From: Callorhinchus milii
Taxonomy: Eukaryota
DNA: 64,000 bases
NCBI RefSeq assembly: GCF_018977255.1
Contig: NW_024704742.1
Location: forward strand, 121,150,001 to 121,214,000
Direction of reading: 5' to 3'
A program made the translations under genes and the position numbers. Positions 27,004 through 40,183 of this stretch are shown here, one piece after another. The notes beneath the pieces are model-generated. The model saw only the letters and a program-made list of their open reading frames with translations. It ran no database searches and was not told the DNA's origin. Within the stretch, counting starts at the first letter, position 1. The number at the start of each line of letters is the position of its first letter.

Positions 27004-27610
27004 GTTGTTAGATAGGCAAACACGACATGAAACAACAATGAGATGAGCAGCCAATTAATTTGAACAGTGCAATTTAAATGAATAGAAACAGCATATTTTT
27101 CTCGTTGTAAACAATGATTTTGAAATCTAGGTTTAGTCCAGCTGATCCCAGCAAACTATTAAACTGGGACTTTTAATTGGATCACCTTTATAGCCTTGCT
27201 CATCTTGCTGAAGATATGGTGCTTTAGTCATCTAAACAAAAACTTAAGGGGTTCATTGCAAAATATTGGAGCTTAGTTGTACATGTGCATATTCTTATTA
27301 GCCCTGGTGAGAATCATTGGAAATGGGAAATATAAACATGGCTTCTCATTCTGAATCATTCCACTATTGACTGTGCTATCAAATTGCTCCAGCAGTATAA
27401 AAAGGATCATCAGTGTGCATCATAGGTGAAAATATCTATCTGAACACATCATATCACAAGATCACATGATTAGTTCAGATGAAGAAAGCCTTCAGCACAT
27501 TTAATTTCATCCTTCCAGAATGCACAACCCTGCCATCTTCCCAATCATAACTGTTTCATTATTATTATTATAATTCAGTCCAGTGTCCTGGTTTCAATGC
27601 CCCTTCCTGG

Positions 27611-27934
27611 TAATAATAAATAATAATAATCCTTGCATTTGATATAGCGCTTTTCACGTCGGGAGGACGTCCCAAAGCGCTTCACAGAACATACTGCAAA
27701 GTGAATTGACTGTATATTTGTGGGCGAACGCGGCAGCCAATTGCGCACAGCAATGTCCCACAAACAGTCGTAGATTGAAAATGACCAATTTATTATTGTT
27801 TTGGTTTTTGAAGGGATTATTATTAGGCTCTGTGTGGAGTAAGGAAACTTGCCCAAGGTTTCGCGCTGCCTGGAATTGAACTCAGGTCTCTCACTTGCAA
27901 AGCGAGTGTTCTAACCACTGAGCTACAGGACTCC
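27611..27934 (-). mobile_element. Full-length tRNA-derived SINE
   Basis: Reverse-complement head GGAGTCCTGTAGCTCAGTGG ending at 27934; (TTA)n tail. Confidence 0.88.
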
Positions 27935-28239
27935 ACATATGGTAATCCATTCCAGCTGTTAATTAGCCTTGAAGTAAAGAAATACTGATGTCTGTTCTGA
28001 AACTGTCTCTTGTTCTACTGCCCTTGTATATTTGAAAATATTGTTTTCGGTTTACTTTCTCAATCACATTAAAATCTTATACACTTCTATTAAGGCTGAA
28101 TAGCCCTAATTCATCTAATCCTTACTCATAGCTCATTCCCCTCGGCCGGCTCCATCCTCTTGTTCGTCCCTCAACCCCTTGGCTCCACCATCCACAGGCA
28201 TGTTTTCGACCACTAAACAAACAAACAAATAAAACAAAA

Positions 28240-28700
28240 TGACATTTGTATAGCTCCTTTCAAGGTGGGAGGACATCTCAAGGCACTGGACAATCAGACT
28301 TTCGGACCTGAACTGGGGATTGGGATCAGGGAAGGTTGAGGGCAGTGGGGGAAGGAGGGTGACCGAAGGCACGGTTGAAGAGGAGGGTCTTGAGATGAGT
28401 CTTGAAGGAGGCAAGGGAGGGGACGAGGGACTGCGGGATGAAGTTCCAGAGAGTGGGAGCAGAGTGGCTGACGGCCAACCCGCCAAAGGTGGGCGGGCGA
28501 GGCAGGGGAAGTGAAGCAGGGGACATGAAGCAAGACGAAATTCACGAGCAGGGGGAGTGGGCAGTTGGTAGTGGTTGAGAGGTCGCAGAGTTAGGGAGGA
28601 GAAAGACCATGAAGGACTTTGAAAGTGAGGACCAGGATCTTGAACTGTATCCTCTATGTGATGGAAAGCCAGTGGAGTTGGGTGAGGATAGGGGCGCATT
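28240..28700 (-). mobile_element. L2 LINE 3' fragment
   Basis: SLASFKTHLKTLLFNRAF peptide and an L2 tail. Confidence 0.8.
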
Positions 28701-29576
28701 TCCTGCTTGGGAGGATTTCTCAAAATGCTTCACACAGCTGAATGGGAACCTGAACTGGGGAGGAAGGTGGCCGAAAGCGCAATCAAAAACATAGGTTTTA
28801 AGCTGGAGAGTGAGGGAGCAAAGAAGAAGGACTCTGGGAAGCAGGAGAAGAATGGCAGAAAGCTTGCCCATCAATGTTGGGGCAGTCAAGCAGGAAACAA
28901 AGCGGGGCAGTGTTTGCTGAACAGAGGGAGCGGCCAGAGGGGTCAACAGGCCCAACATCCTGTTTGGCTTTTTTCTTGCTAACTTACAATGTTTCATGGT
29001 GAGTGAAGAATCAGTTCATGCCTCGAGGTCTCTTTCAGCTTCCCTTGTCAAGTTCTATCCCATCCATGGAATACATGTGACTCATATTTTTAGTTCCTTT
29101 ACTGAGTAACTTGCATTTATCTGTATTGAACTTCATTTCACAATCATCAACCCATATGCACACCCCCATCAAGTTATCTTTCTATGATCCTTGCTGTCAT
29201 TTCTGATTCCGGCTTGACATCAAGCTCTGTCACTGTTAAGCTCTCTGAGACGCTACCCACATGAAGGGAACCATTTCAATGCAAGTTGTAGCTGTTAAAC
29301 CCCTCCCCCCCCAACCTCCCATCATCAAGGGCCATCTCAAAACCTACCTCTTTGACCATGATTTTGGTTATCTTCCGCTCCCCAATCCACCTCGGGTTCC
29401 CACCCCCAACTAAGGTTCAGCCAGCCTCATCAAGTATGTTGAGACATTCTCCCAACGTGAAAGTCGCTATATAAAATGAATTGTATTGGGCAGAATCTAC
29501 CTTCCATTTATTTACAACTAATTGTGTACAACATTTAAATTCTATTAGTGTTGCATCACATTACATTGTTTCCTAA

Positions 29577-29910
29577 TTCCACATGCCTCTGTTTACCTAG
29601 CAGTAAATAAGAACCTGGTTGTTTATCGATTGGCGGATCATTTTTCCTCAGTAAATAAGAACCTGGTTGTTTATCGATTGGCGGATCATTATTCTTGAAG
29701 GAATAATCCCTTCAAGAATAAATACATTTTCTAAAAATAATAATTTGGTCACTCAATCCATGACTGTTTGTGGGGCACTGCTGTGTGGAATTGGCCAGAA
29801 CGTTTCACCCACAAAATATAGTCAATTCATTTTACGGTATATTCTGTGAAGCGTTTTGAGATATCTTGAAGTCGTGATAAGGTGCTATATCAAATGCAAG
29901 ATTATTATTA
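29577..29910 (+). mobile_element. tRNA-SINE lacking its head, with an internal tandem duplication of about 40 bp
   Basis: CAGTAAATAAGAACCTGGTTGTTTATCGATTGGCGGATCATT occurs twice; family tail present. Confidence 0.75.
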
Positions 29911-30779
29911 CTACCATAAATATGCCAAATGATTAGACAGTTTAACCTTTATATTTCTTGATGGGAAAATCTTATATACAGTTCACAATTCAAGAAATTT
30001 TTATGTGAATAAATTAATGAACCTTTTCATTTTAAAATTAGTCATACTTGCATTAACTTAATGCATTGAAATCTTTTGCCAAGTGAACAATTTGAAACAG
30101 CACCCTCTATTGGCTGCTGATCAGATAACTTTGAAAGCATTTGAGCATCTCATTGCTTTGGCACCAATTGTGGGACCTCAAGGCATGAACTTCATTTTCT
30201 GCACAAAATCCCATGGGTTTCCCTTCTGAAAACAATATTGAAGACAGGTTACCACTGGCCCCAGTGGTAATTATTGGCTGCTTTTTACTGCAGATTTGGT
30301 CATGTTATAAATAATTGTTCACCATTGCTATGCAAAATATCTAAATGCTCCAAGATGCTAACCCTCATGAAGGACGCTAATAATTGCAAGTTGTTGTAAA
30401 TATCACCAGTCATATAATATATGTAACGTTCCCCTCTCCCCCTGCTCCATAATAGGATTAGGTTTTGCTTGATATTTAGGTGTTTAGTTGATGGACTGAA
30501 TGACCTTTTCTTGTGTGCTTTCTCAAAGGGATAGTATCATTTTAATTACATTCTCTTCACCATCAGCGTAACATTTTTAAAAAAGTGCTAAACACAGGCC
30601 ACTGACGATTACTTGCTTCAGTTCGTTGACCTAGATTATTTAATTTTATAGAAGGCTAATGCTGAACAATTATTCTGTCCTTTTTGATTCCAGCCACACA
30701 CCCTCAAGGAAAACATGCAGCTACTCCACCTCAATGAAACACAATAAATTTACAACTTTGGGTATTTACTTCATGGCTG

Positions 30780-31565
30780 TTATGGGGGTTGGGATCAGGG
30801 AGGGTGGCCGAAGGCATGATCGAAGAGGAAGGTCTTCAACCTTGAAGGAGGCAAAGGAGGGAGCAGGATGAAGGGAATGTGGGATGGAGTTCCAGAGGGT
30901 GGGGGCAGAGAGGTTGAATGCTTGATCGCTGATGGTGGGGCAGTCCAGACGGGGGACACGGAACAGGCCAGAGCCTGCTGAGCGAAGGGAGCGGACAGGT
31001 TAAAAAAGGGTTAGCAGGGCAGAGAGGTAGGAGAGGGCAAGGCCATGGAGGGCCTTGAAGGTGAGGACGAGAATTTTGAACTCAATCTTCGGAAGGATGG
31101 GGAGCTAGTGGTGCTGGGCGAGGGTGGGTGTGATGGGGCCACGGAGCCCGGTGCAGGAGACGACATGAGCTACAAAGTTCTGGAACATCTGCAGCTTGTG
31201 GAACGAGGAGTTAGGAAGCCTGACAAGCAGGGCATTGGCATAGTCAAACCTGTACATAATGAAGCATGTTTCGGCAGCCTGAGGGATCAGTGGCAGTGGC
31301 AGAGTTGGTCAATGTTGCAGAAATGGGGGAAGGCAGAGCGGGTCATGGCATGGATATGGGGAAGAAAGGACAGTTGAGGGTCAAACAAGACGGCTAAGTT
31401 CCTGACTGGCTTGGTGAGGTGGACTGTGCATCCATGGATGCAGATGCTGCCAGTATCTGAGGTGCGGAGGCGCTGGCGCGAGACAATCAGGAGAGCTTTG
31501 GTCTTGCTGACGTTCAACTGTAGAAAGTTGGCGCTCATCCAGGACTTGATGTCTGACAGACAGTT
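30780..31565 (-). mobile_element. L2 LINE fragment
   Basis: CLSDIKSWMSANFLQLNVSKTKALLI peptide. Confidence 0.85.
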
Positions 31566-32049
31566 TGTGAAAGGGAAGACTTGTAGGAGCCTCACTCGAG
31601 CAGAGAACATGACCAGTTTCAACTGTCAGCTAACAATTAATACCTGGTCACCTGCCAACAAAGATTGAGATTTGCCAACATGATTGCCCTCTTCAAGATT
31701 CTAAAGGGGCCAAACAATATAGATCATAACAGAATAGTCAAACAGAGGACACACCTTGCGATTGAAGGTGGTTAAATTCAGAACGAATCTTCGCAAACAA
31801 TATTTTAGTGAGTGAATAGTGAACCTGTGGAACAGGCTCCCCAGAAAAACGGCTGAAGCAGGAAGTGTTGATTCTATCAAACACAGAATAGATAGTTTTT
31901 TTTAGGAAATAACATAATGAGATATAGTACACAGGTAGTTCGGGACATATATGCAATGCGACCACCAGGAAGCTGGAAGGCAAACTAGATGGATCTTGGT
32001 CTTTTTCCTTTAGTATTTCTTGTGTTCTTACGTTAACTGTCTTGTTGGT

Positions 32050-32518
32050 AGATGGCAGTGCTCTCTCTGCATCCTTGTCATCCTCGACCTCTTTGTTGCT
32101 TTCCACACTGTCAATCATTCTATCCTCCTCCACTACTCTCCTCTCAACTTTCACGGATCTGCCTTTGCCTGGTTCACATCCTACCTCTCCTACTGTCTCC
32201 ACTTTGTATTCACTAACAGCTTCTCCTCCAGCCCCTACACCATCATGTGTGGTGTCCTTCAGGGCTTTGTTCTTGGTCCCCTCCTTTTCAATATCTACAT
32301 GCACATTCTTGGTGACATCATCTGAAGACATGGGGACAACTTCCACATGTACAAGGATAACACCCAACTCTGCCTCCACCCTCGACTCCAGGATCTCAGC
32401 TGTCCTCACAGACTGCCTGTCAGATATCAAATCCTGGATGAGAGCTAACTTTCTCCACTTGAATGTCAACAAGACCAAGGCCCTCCTGCTTAGCTCCCAT
32501 CAACGCCTTCATACCTTT
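32050..32518 (+). mobile_element. L2 LINE fragment (RT)
   Basis: [18 protein letters not shown] and CLSDIKSWMRANFL peptides. Confidence 0.85.
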
Positions 32519-32520
32519 GG

Positions 32521-32930
32521 CCAGTTGAAACTGGTTCTATCTGAGGAGTATATAAAGGTTAGACTTGCGGGAGACTTACTCAAACCTAGAGCACAACCAG
32601 GTTCAACTGGTCAGCTAACAATTAACTGGTCAGCTAAAAATAAACAACTGTTTGGCAGTTGACCAGGTATTAATTGTTAGCTGACCAGTTGAAACTGGCT
32701 TTATCTCAAGGGTATATAAAGGAGAGACTTGCGAGAGCCTCACTCAAGCAGACAGATTAACCAGTTTCAACTGGTCAGATAACAAGTAACTTGTCAGCTA
32801 AGAATTAACACCTAGTCAATTGCCAAACAAGTGTTAATTTTTAGCTGACCAGTTAATTGTTAGCTGGCCAATTGAAACTGGTTCTATCTTAGGGATATGT
32901 AACTTGCAAGAACCTCATTCGAGCAGAGAG
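32521..32930. repeat. Tandem array of 164-183 bp palindromic, TATA-containing units
   Basis: Units start with CCA(G/A)TTGAAACTGG at 32521, 32685 and 32868; each of the first two also carries its reverse complement; a partial copy lies at about 31570-31680. Confidence 0.8.
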
Positions 32931-33031
32931 CCCAATGGTGGGAGGTGATAATAGAGTGAGGTCTCTACAACAGGAATTTGGTGGGAGTGGGAAGTCCAGA
33001 TAACTGTAGACCTGTCATCTTAAATTCAGTC

Positions 33032-33356
33032 AGGAACATAGGAACGGGAGTCGGCCATCAGCCCTTCAAGCTTGTTCTGCCATTTCATTAGATCATGGCT
33101 GATCTGCACCTCAACTAATCCTTTCAATTCCAATTTCCCGCTTTCTCCCCATATCCCCTAATAACCTGACCTACCAAAAATCTATCAACCTCACTCTTGA
33201 AGGTGTGGTTGAATCCAGTATCCACTGCCTTTTGGGGGAAACAATTCCAGATTTCTACCATTGAATGAAAAAATGGTTCCTGATTTCACTCTTAAATGGC
33301 TGGTTCTAATTTTAAGACTCTGTCCCTTGCTTTGGAATCCCCCATCCGAGGAAATA
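33032..33356 (-). mobile_element. CR1 LINE 3' end
   Basis: Reverse-complement CR1 tail (AGGAACATAGGAAC...GGCCAT). Confidence 0.8.
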
Positions 33357-33649
33357 GCCAATTGTGCACAGCAGTGTCCCACAAACAGTTGTGAATTGAA
33401 GTGACCAATTTATTATTGTTTTTTTGTCTTGAGGAATTATTATCAGGCGTGTGGAGTAAGGAAACTTGTCCAAAGTTTCGACCTGCCAGGAATCAAATTC
33501 AGTTCTCTCGTTTGTGAGGCCAGTGCTCCAACCACTGAGCTACAGGATTGCTCTATTTTTAAACTTATGAGGTTTTACCTTCGTAACAGAATTCTCACTC
33601 TTTTCCACCTCACTTAGTTCCCTCCTCACGCTGCTGGGCTCTCTGCTCA

Positions 33650-35975
33650 TGTCGTGGGGAGGTTACTGGAATCTCACATTAGGGACAGTGTGACTCATCA
33701 CTTGGGGCAAGTATGAGCTAATCAAAAATAGTCAGCATGGATTTGTGAAGGGTAGGTCAGGTCTGACATCTAATTGAATTTTTTGAGGAGGTCACTAACA
33801 TGTTGGATAAAAGAGTGTCTACAGATGTCATCTACATAGATTTCCAGAAGGGATTTGATAAGGTTCCGCACAAGTGGTTATTAGCAAAAAAAGTGCGTGG
33901 AATTGGAGGTAACCTTGAGAAGTGGTTTGGTAATTGGTTGGGAGCCAAGAAACAGAGAGTAGGGATAAAAGAAGTGTTCTCTGATTGGGTGTTCCCCAGG
34001 GGTCTGTACTGGGGCCTCAGTTTTTCAGCAAAGATATAAATGACTTGGATAAAGAAATAGAGAATTTTATATCTAAATTTGCAGATGACACAAAATTGGG
34101 AGACACAGTAAATCACAGAGCTTGGTGCGGGAGAAGCAACAACTTATTCTAGGACCTAGGAAAGGGAGATGGGGCAGGCAGTAGTTTGAGAGCGGGGATG
34201 AGTCCAGGTGGAGGGTTTTTTAAGAATAGGAGTGATGACGGCTGTTTTTAAAGGGGTGGGAACAATGTCAGTGGACAGGGAGAGGTTTATGATGTCTGTG
34301 AGTAGAGGGGCAAGGAGGTGGAGTTGGGAGGGAAGGAGAGGGGTAGGGATGGGGTTGAGGGAGCAGGTTGTCGGTTTCATGCAGGTTATAGTGGTGATGA
34401 GACAGGAATGGGAGACGAGTTTGATGATGTGGAGGGAGTGATGGGTAGGGGCCGGGGTATGAGCAGGAGATGGGGAGAGGGTAGTAGATGGTAGGGCAGT
34501 GACAGCTGAGCAGATCCCCTTGACTTTGGTTTTGAGGAAGTCCAGCATTGCTTCGCAGTTGGCATTGGAGAAGAAGATGGGCGAGGCGTGAGAGGGTGGG
34601 TGGAGGAATCGGTTGGTGATGGAGAAGGGGAGCCTGGGGTTATCCTTGGCCTCAAAGATTATTTTGGAGTAGAACGATGATTTAGCAGAGGCGAGGGCGG
34701 AGTGGTAAGTTTTGATGAGGTCCAGCCAGATCTGCAGATAGACCATTAGGTTGGATTTGAGGCAGGTGCATTCAGCGGCACACACCTGTGTCTTAAAGGA
34801 GTGGAGGTGGTTAGTGTAAGAGGGTGACTTTTGTGAGTAGGAGACAGTTTGGGAAGTGAGGGGAGCAAGGGCATCGAGAGTGTTGGAAAGAGAGTTGTGG
34901 AGGAGAGTGACCGAGAAGGATAGGTCTTTGCCGGAGGAAGCCCAGAGGGGGAGGAGTTCAGATGACTCCAATGCAGTGGAGAGGGAGGGGGGTGGAGATT
35001 TTTTTCCAGGGGCAATAGGAGATGGAGGTGGGTTCAGTGGCGGTGGGCAGAGGGATTGAGGAGTTAAGGGAGATGAAGTAATGGTCTGAGACGGTGAGGT
35101 CCCGAGTGATCACCCCGAGTGGGAGCAGGAAGATACAAAGGGACTTAGATAAAATAAGTGAGTGGGCCAAATTGCAATAGATGATATTCAATGTGGGGAA
35201 ATGTAAAGTTATCCACTATGGAACCAAAAATAGCAAAACTGAATATTTTCTAAATGGTGAGAAATTAAGAACTGTGGAAGAGCAAAGGGATTTGGATGCC
35301 CACGTAAAACCAAAAACAAACTCACAGGTACAAAAAGTTATCAAAAAAACTCATGGGATGTTGGCCTTTATCTCAAGGGTGCTGGAATATAAAGGCGAGG
35401 AAATGATGCTTTAACTATATATAGCCTTGGTCAGACCCCATCTGGAGTACTGCGTTCAGTTTTGGGCACTGCATCTCGGGAAGGATATATTGACTCTGGT
35501 GGGGGTGCAGCACACATTCACCAGAATGATACCAGGGCTAAAAGGGTTAAATTATGAGGGCAGATTGCATAAATTTGGTCTCTGTTCTCTTTAGTTTAGA
35601 AGGTTGAGGGGTGATCTGATTGAGGTTTTTAAAAAAATAAAGGGATTCGATAGGGTAGATACAGAGAAACTATTTCCTCTGGTGGGGGAATCCAGAACAA
35701 CTCTAATCTTAAAATTAGAACTAGGTCATTTAGGAGTGAAATTAGGAGGCAGTTTTTCACCTAAAGTATAGTGGAAATCTGGAACTTTCTCCCCCAAAAG
35801 TCTGTGGATGCTGGATCCATTCACATCTTCAAGCCTGAGGTAGATAGATATTTGTTAGGTCAGGGAATTAAGGGGTGGGGGGCAACGGAAAGTAATTGAA
35901 TTTGAGGTCCAGATCAGCCAATGATCTTATAGAATGACGGAATAGACTCATGGGGCTGAATGGCCTATTCCTGTT
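33650..35975 (+). mobile_element. CR1 LINE (RT to 3' tail) split by an L2 insertion at about 34116-35127
   Basis: YIDFQKGFDKVPH and KFADDTKLG before the break; the reading resumes as KIQRDLDKISEWA at about 35130; CR1 tail at about 35960. Confidence 0.85.
34116..35127 (-). mobile_element. L2 LINE internal fragment (between endonuclease and RT)
   Basis: 271-aa ORF with TDIINLSLSTDIVPTPLKTAVITPILKKP; SDHYFI endonuclease motif nearby. Confidence 0.85.
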
Positions 35976-36927
35976 TTTAATGCAAGGATTATTATTATAA
36001 TAAAAGTGCAGCGAAGCTGAGAGGGAAGAATGGAGATCAGGAGAACAAGGTGAAATTAGATGTGAAGAGAGGCTGAAGAAAGCTGGCTCCGAGAGAAAGG
36101 TCCAGCTGTCAGAGTGTGGAGGAGCCAGATCTGAGGTTGGGGGTGGGTGGGGCTGAAGCACAGAAACAGATCAGTGCTGCAGTTGATGCACTGGTACGGA
36201 CCAAAAGCCGAGGATAATAATAGTAAAAAAAGATCAGAGTAGGGAAGCTGGTTATAACTCAAGCCAAATAACCGCGGGAGCAGTACAGAAGCGAAACCCC
36301 CCCCAAGGGAACCACGGGGAAGGGATCACTGTTTAAGCAAAATATTTCTCGGTTAGACATAATAGCAACTGAATACAAGCATCTGAGTCCACACGCAGTT
36401 ACTAAAGCTGTGCTTCCTGCTGCCGTGCTGCGGGTAGATCTGGGGAACAGCTGAGGGCAACAATGACCACAGAACAACAACCAGCAAAAGCTGATCTGCT
36501 GAGCTGAGCACGAGCTGGAGATCTGCAGCGGGAAATTTAAATTTCAGCCTGTCAATCGTATTGCACGTTTCCCCCCCGTTCAGGAAGAACCAAAGTACAG
36601 CGGAAAATAGAGTGAAATACACAGTGGAAATATTTAAAAACTATTGATCTGTACAGGCCTACAGCTTACACAGTGTTTAGTATACAGCAAGCCTCTCATG
36701 AGTTGTGCTGAAAGCATGGCCAAGGGGATTTTTGTTCTTGTAGCATTATAAATGAGTTAAATGTTTTGTATAATCTTGGAACAAAATTAGATCAATTTAA
36801 ATCACCCATTAAACGTCGAAGGTCCATAATTACCATAATTTCACCATATGTTGTGAGGAGTTGAAGAAATGTATTGAAATATTGGTGAACTTGTTTACTT
36901 TAAATGTCAAATATCTTCATAGTTGAA

Positions 36928-37403
36928 GAACATAAGAACATAAGAATTAGGAGCAGGAGTAGGCCATTCGGCCCCTCTAGTCTGCCCCGCCATTCAATAA
37001 GATCATGGCTGATCTATTCTAACTCCACCTACCCGCATTATCCCCATATCCCTTAATCCCTTTATCCACAAGAAATCTATCAATCTCAGTGTTGAATATG
37101 TTCAAGGAGTGAGCAGCTACAGCCCCTTAGAGAATTCCATAAATTCATTACCCTCTGAGTGAAGAAGTGTTTCCTCAACTCAGTGCGAAAGGGATTACCC
37201 CTAATTTTAAGACTGTGACCCCTGGTTATAGTTTCTCCAACCAGGTGAAAAAGTCTCCCACTATCTATTCTGTCGTGCCCCTTAATAGTCTTATAGGTTT
37301 CTATAAGATCACCTCTCATTCTTCTATATTCTAGAGAATATAGGCCTAAATTGCTCAACCTATCCTCATAACTCATCCCCCTCATCCCTGATACCAACCT
37401 AGT
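36928..37403 (-). mobile_element. CR1 LINE 3' fragment, same subfamily as 20757-21426
   Basis: MSYEDRLSNLGLYSLEYRRMRGDLIETYK peptide; (TTCTTATG)n tail. Confidence 0.9.
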
Positions 37404-37429
37404 GCAGAAACATCATAGTTTATACCCGC

Positions 37430-37757
37430 ATAGAATCATAGAATTATACAGCCAGAAGGAGGCCGTTCAGCCCATCGTATCTGTGTTGGCTCTTTGAAAA
37501 GAGCTATCCAAATCACTCCCCCGATCTCTCCCTATAGCCCTGCAAACTTGTCCTCCCCAAATAATTATCTACTTTCTCTCTTAAAAGTTGTTATCGAATT
37601 GACTTTCACCACCCTTTTAGACAATGCATTCCAGATCCGAACAACTCGCTGTGTAAAAAAGTTTCTCCTCACCTCCCCTCTTTTTCTTTTAACAACTATT
37701 TTAAATTGATGTCCTCGGGTTACCGACCCACCCGCCAGTGGAAATAGTTTCTCCATG
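37430..37757 (-). mobile_element. CR1 LINE 3' fragment
   Basis: KLFPLAGGSVTRGHQFK...RRNFFTQRVVRIWNAL peptide. Confidence 0.85.
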
Positions 37758-39382
37758 AACACTGACCTGCTCCCTGGAATTATTGCAATTGACAGTGACA
37801 GATTGCATCCATACAATTGCACCCATAACCCTAAGGTTAAAACACAGAGAACAATTGTATGGGTGCATTTTCTGACATGACTAATACTATACATGTACAC
37901 AGTATCAACCCAAGCAGCAAACAGTTCAGGATCTTCACAATAGATGGCGCAAGGAACAAACACTTTTTAACTGGTTTCTGAAGCTCCATTTACACATGGT
38001 AAAATACAAAGAACTAGTTTTAAGAGTAATCTATATGCCAGGTTAAAAATATATGTGTCATCCCTCCTGGAATCTGACTATGATGATCTGAAGGAGTCAC
38101 TCTGATTCTCTTCTTATTGAGTAAAGACATTGACTAATACCAGTGCTTCCATTGTTATTAAGTTGTGTGCCTGAGTGGCCTTTCTTTATCTATGAGCCTA
38201 AGGAATAACTAATGTCATTACTGTTCAACTCAGGGCAACTCGATCATGTTTCTCATCTGATATCCACAAAACATTTACAGCAAGCAGTTAAAAATGAGAA
38301 ATACTATTCCTATTCATCATTGAGTCGGTTACAGGAAGTCATAAATTGTGGATTATCATTAGAAGGGAAAAAGAGATAAGATGTTTTTTTTAATAGTTTT
38401 TTTAAACAATATGAAATGTCTTACCATTAATGGTTGTTGTAGTCCAGTCCAGGAGCATTTAAAAGTGAATTTGATAAAATAATTAAGAAAAAATAATATT
38501 AAAGAGTATGGGAAAGAACAGAAGAACATGATTGGAGTAGTTAGCTGTAGTGGGAGAGCTAGGACCTGCACAAACTGAACCCTTATATTGGTAGAAAAGA
38601 TCTCAGTGTGGTAAATGTGAGGTGAGTTTTTAATACATAAAATATCCTGCTAAAATAGAGGAAGGAGGTGGAAGCAGGGGACGAATAATACAATAGTATA
38701 ATAATGACAACAACAATAATAATAATAATAATAATAATGCAGTATGTGGGAAATTCGAGACATGTCAAGTGTAGTATGCTAGGAAGAATTAGGCAACTTT
38801 GGTTCTAAGGTTCCCAAAGCTTGCCATCGTGATGGTGAACTAATCCATACAGCACTAATTGCTATCAATATCTCCATTGTTGTAGCACGCCAAGATGGTA
38901 GAAGGGAGACTAGATGGACTTTGGTCTTTTTTTCGTCCAGCAATTCCTATGCTCATAAGTTCCCAGTTAATTTGGATTGGATAATGACTTTAGTCTTATA
39001 ATAATACAAATTATCCAACAAGTGTTACTACGTTTGAGCAAGTATATTGAGCCTCCTCATGGGGATCTGGCAATTACATTTTCACAGTTGACCTCTTCTA
39101 AAGCTGGAGCTGACCTTTCATTAATTAAAGGTGAAATATCTTCCTTCCAATGATGAAAGATTGCTGCTTAGGTTAATTCTAAATGCTAACATAAAACCTA
39201 TGCTTTGATTTGTGAAGTGGGGGGGAAATGTGTGTGGGTTAGCCAGCTTTAACATGGAGCTCGGCAAAACAGATGTTCCTATTATTTCTAAGGCAAAATT
39301 TCAATACCTTTAATATTTGGTTCAATGTCTGAGAAGATCTGTTTCCATCAATGCAAGATTTGGAAGGAAGAGATATAAGGTA

Positions 39383-39696
39383 GGAGTCCTGTAGCTCAGT
39401 GGTTAGAGCGCTCGCCTTGCAAGCGAGAGATCTGGGTTCAATTCCCGGCAGGGCGAAACCTTGGGCAGGTTTCCTTACTACACATGCCTGATAATAATCC
39501 CTCAAGAAAAAAAATAATTAAAAAATTGGTCACTTCAATCCAGGACTGTGTGTAGAACACTGCTGTGTGCAATTGACTGCTGCGTTTCACCCACAAAATA
39601 TACAGTCAATTCACTTTTTACAGTATATTCTGTGAAGTGCTTTGAGACGCCTCGAAGATGTGAAAAATATCAAATGCAAAGATTATTATTATTATT
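39383..39696 (+). mobile_element. Full-length tRNA-derived SINE about 490 bp upstream of the GDF15-like ATG
   Basis: Intact A/B-box head and (TTA)n tail. Confidence 0.88.
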
Positions 39697-40059
39697 AATT
39701 ATTATGTATTTACACGTAGCACTCCCAGAAAGAACACATTTTTCGATTTTGCAATGATCGCGTTAAATATATAATAATGACACTTTTACAGCAGTTGTAT
39801 ATTGCAACTATTATACATTGAACAGATGTATCCTAACGCACCTGTATCAAATCTATTTGCTTAATCCGATATATTTATATGTCTCAGGTTGTGTGAACTT
39901 CCTTATGCGGGATTGAAAGCAGCCTTTTTGGAAAATTGCCAAGCTATTCACCAGGATTGTAAAAAAACAAGTGGAGATCTGGTGGATTTAAATCACTTTT
40001 GAAATCAACCAAAGGAACAATCGAAAGGCTGTGGCGAACACACTCAACTTTGGACTCAA

Positions 40060-40065
40060 TATAAA
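40060..40065 (+). promoter_or_regulatory. TATA box of the GDF15-like gene
   Basis: TATAAA about 120 nt upstream of the ATG. Confidence 0.55.
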
Positions 40066-40183
40066 CCCACGCACACTAACTCTCCACTAACTCTTGTGGG
40101 AGTTCCTGGAAAAAGATAGGGAAACTGCACAGCTCCATCCCTCCTGCTGGTTGAGAGCCCAGCAGGTATCCCAGTCTGACAGC

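Noticed and set aside
39383..39455. tRNA-Ala gene (also at 53074 and 61846)
   Set aside because: Each runs into a conserved SINE body and LINE-type tail and lacks G3:U70.
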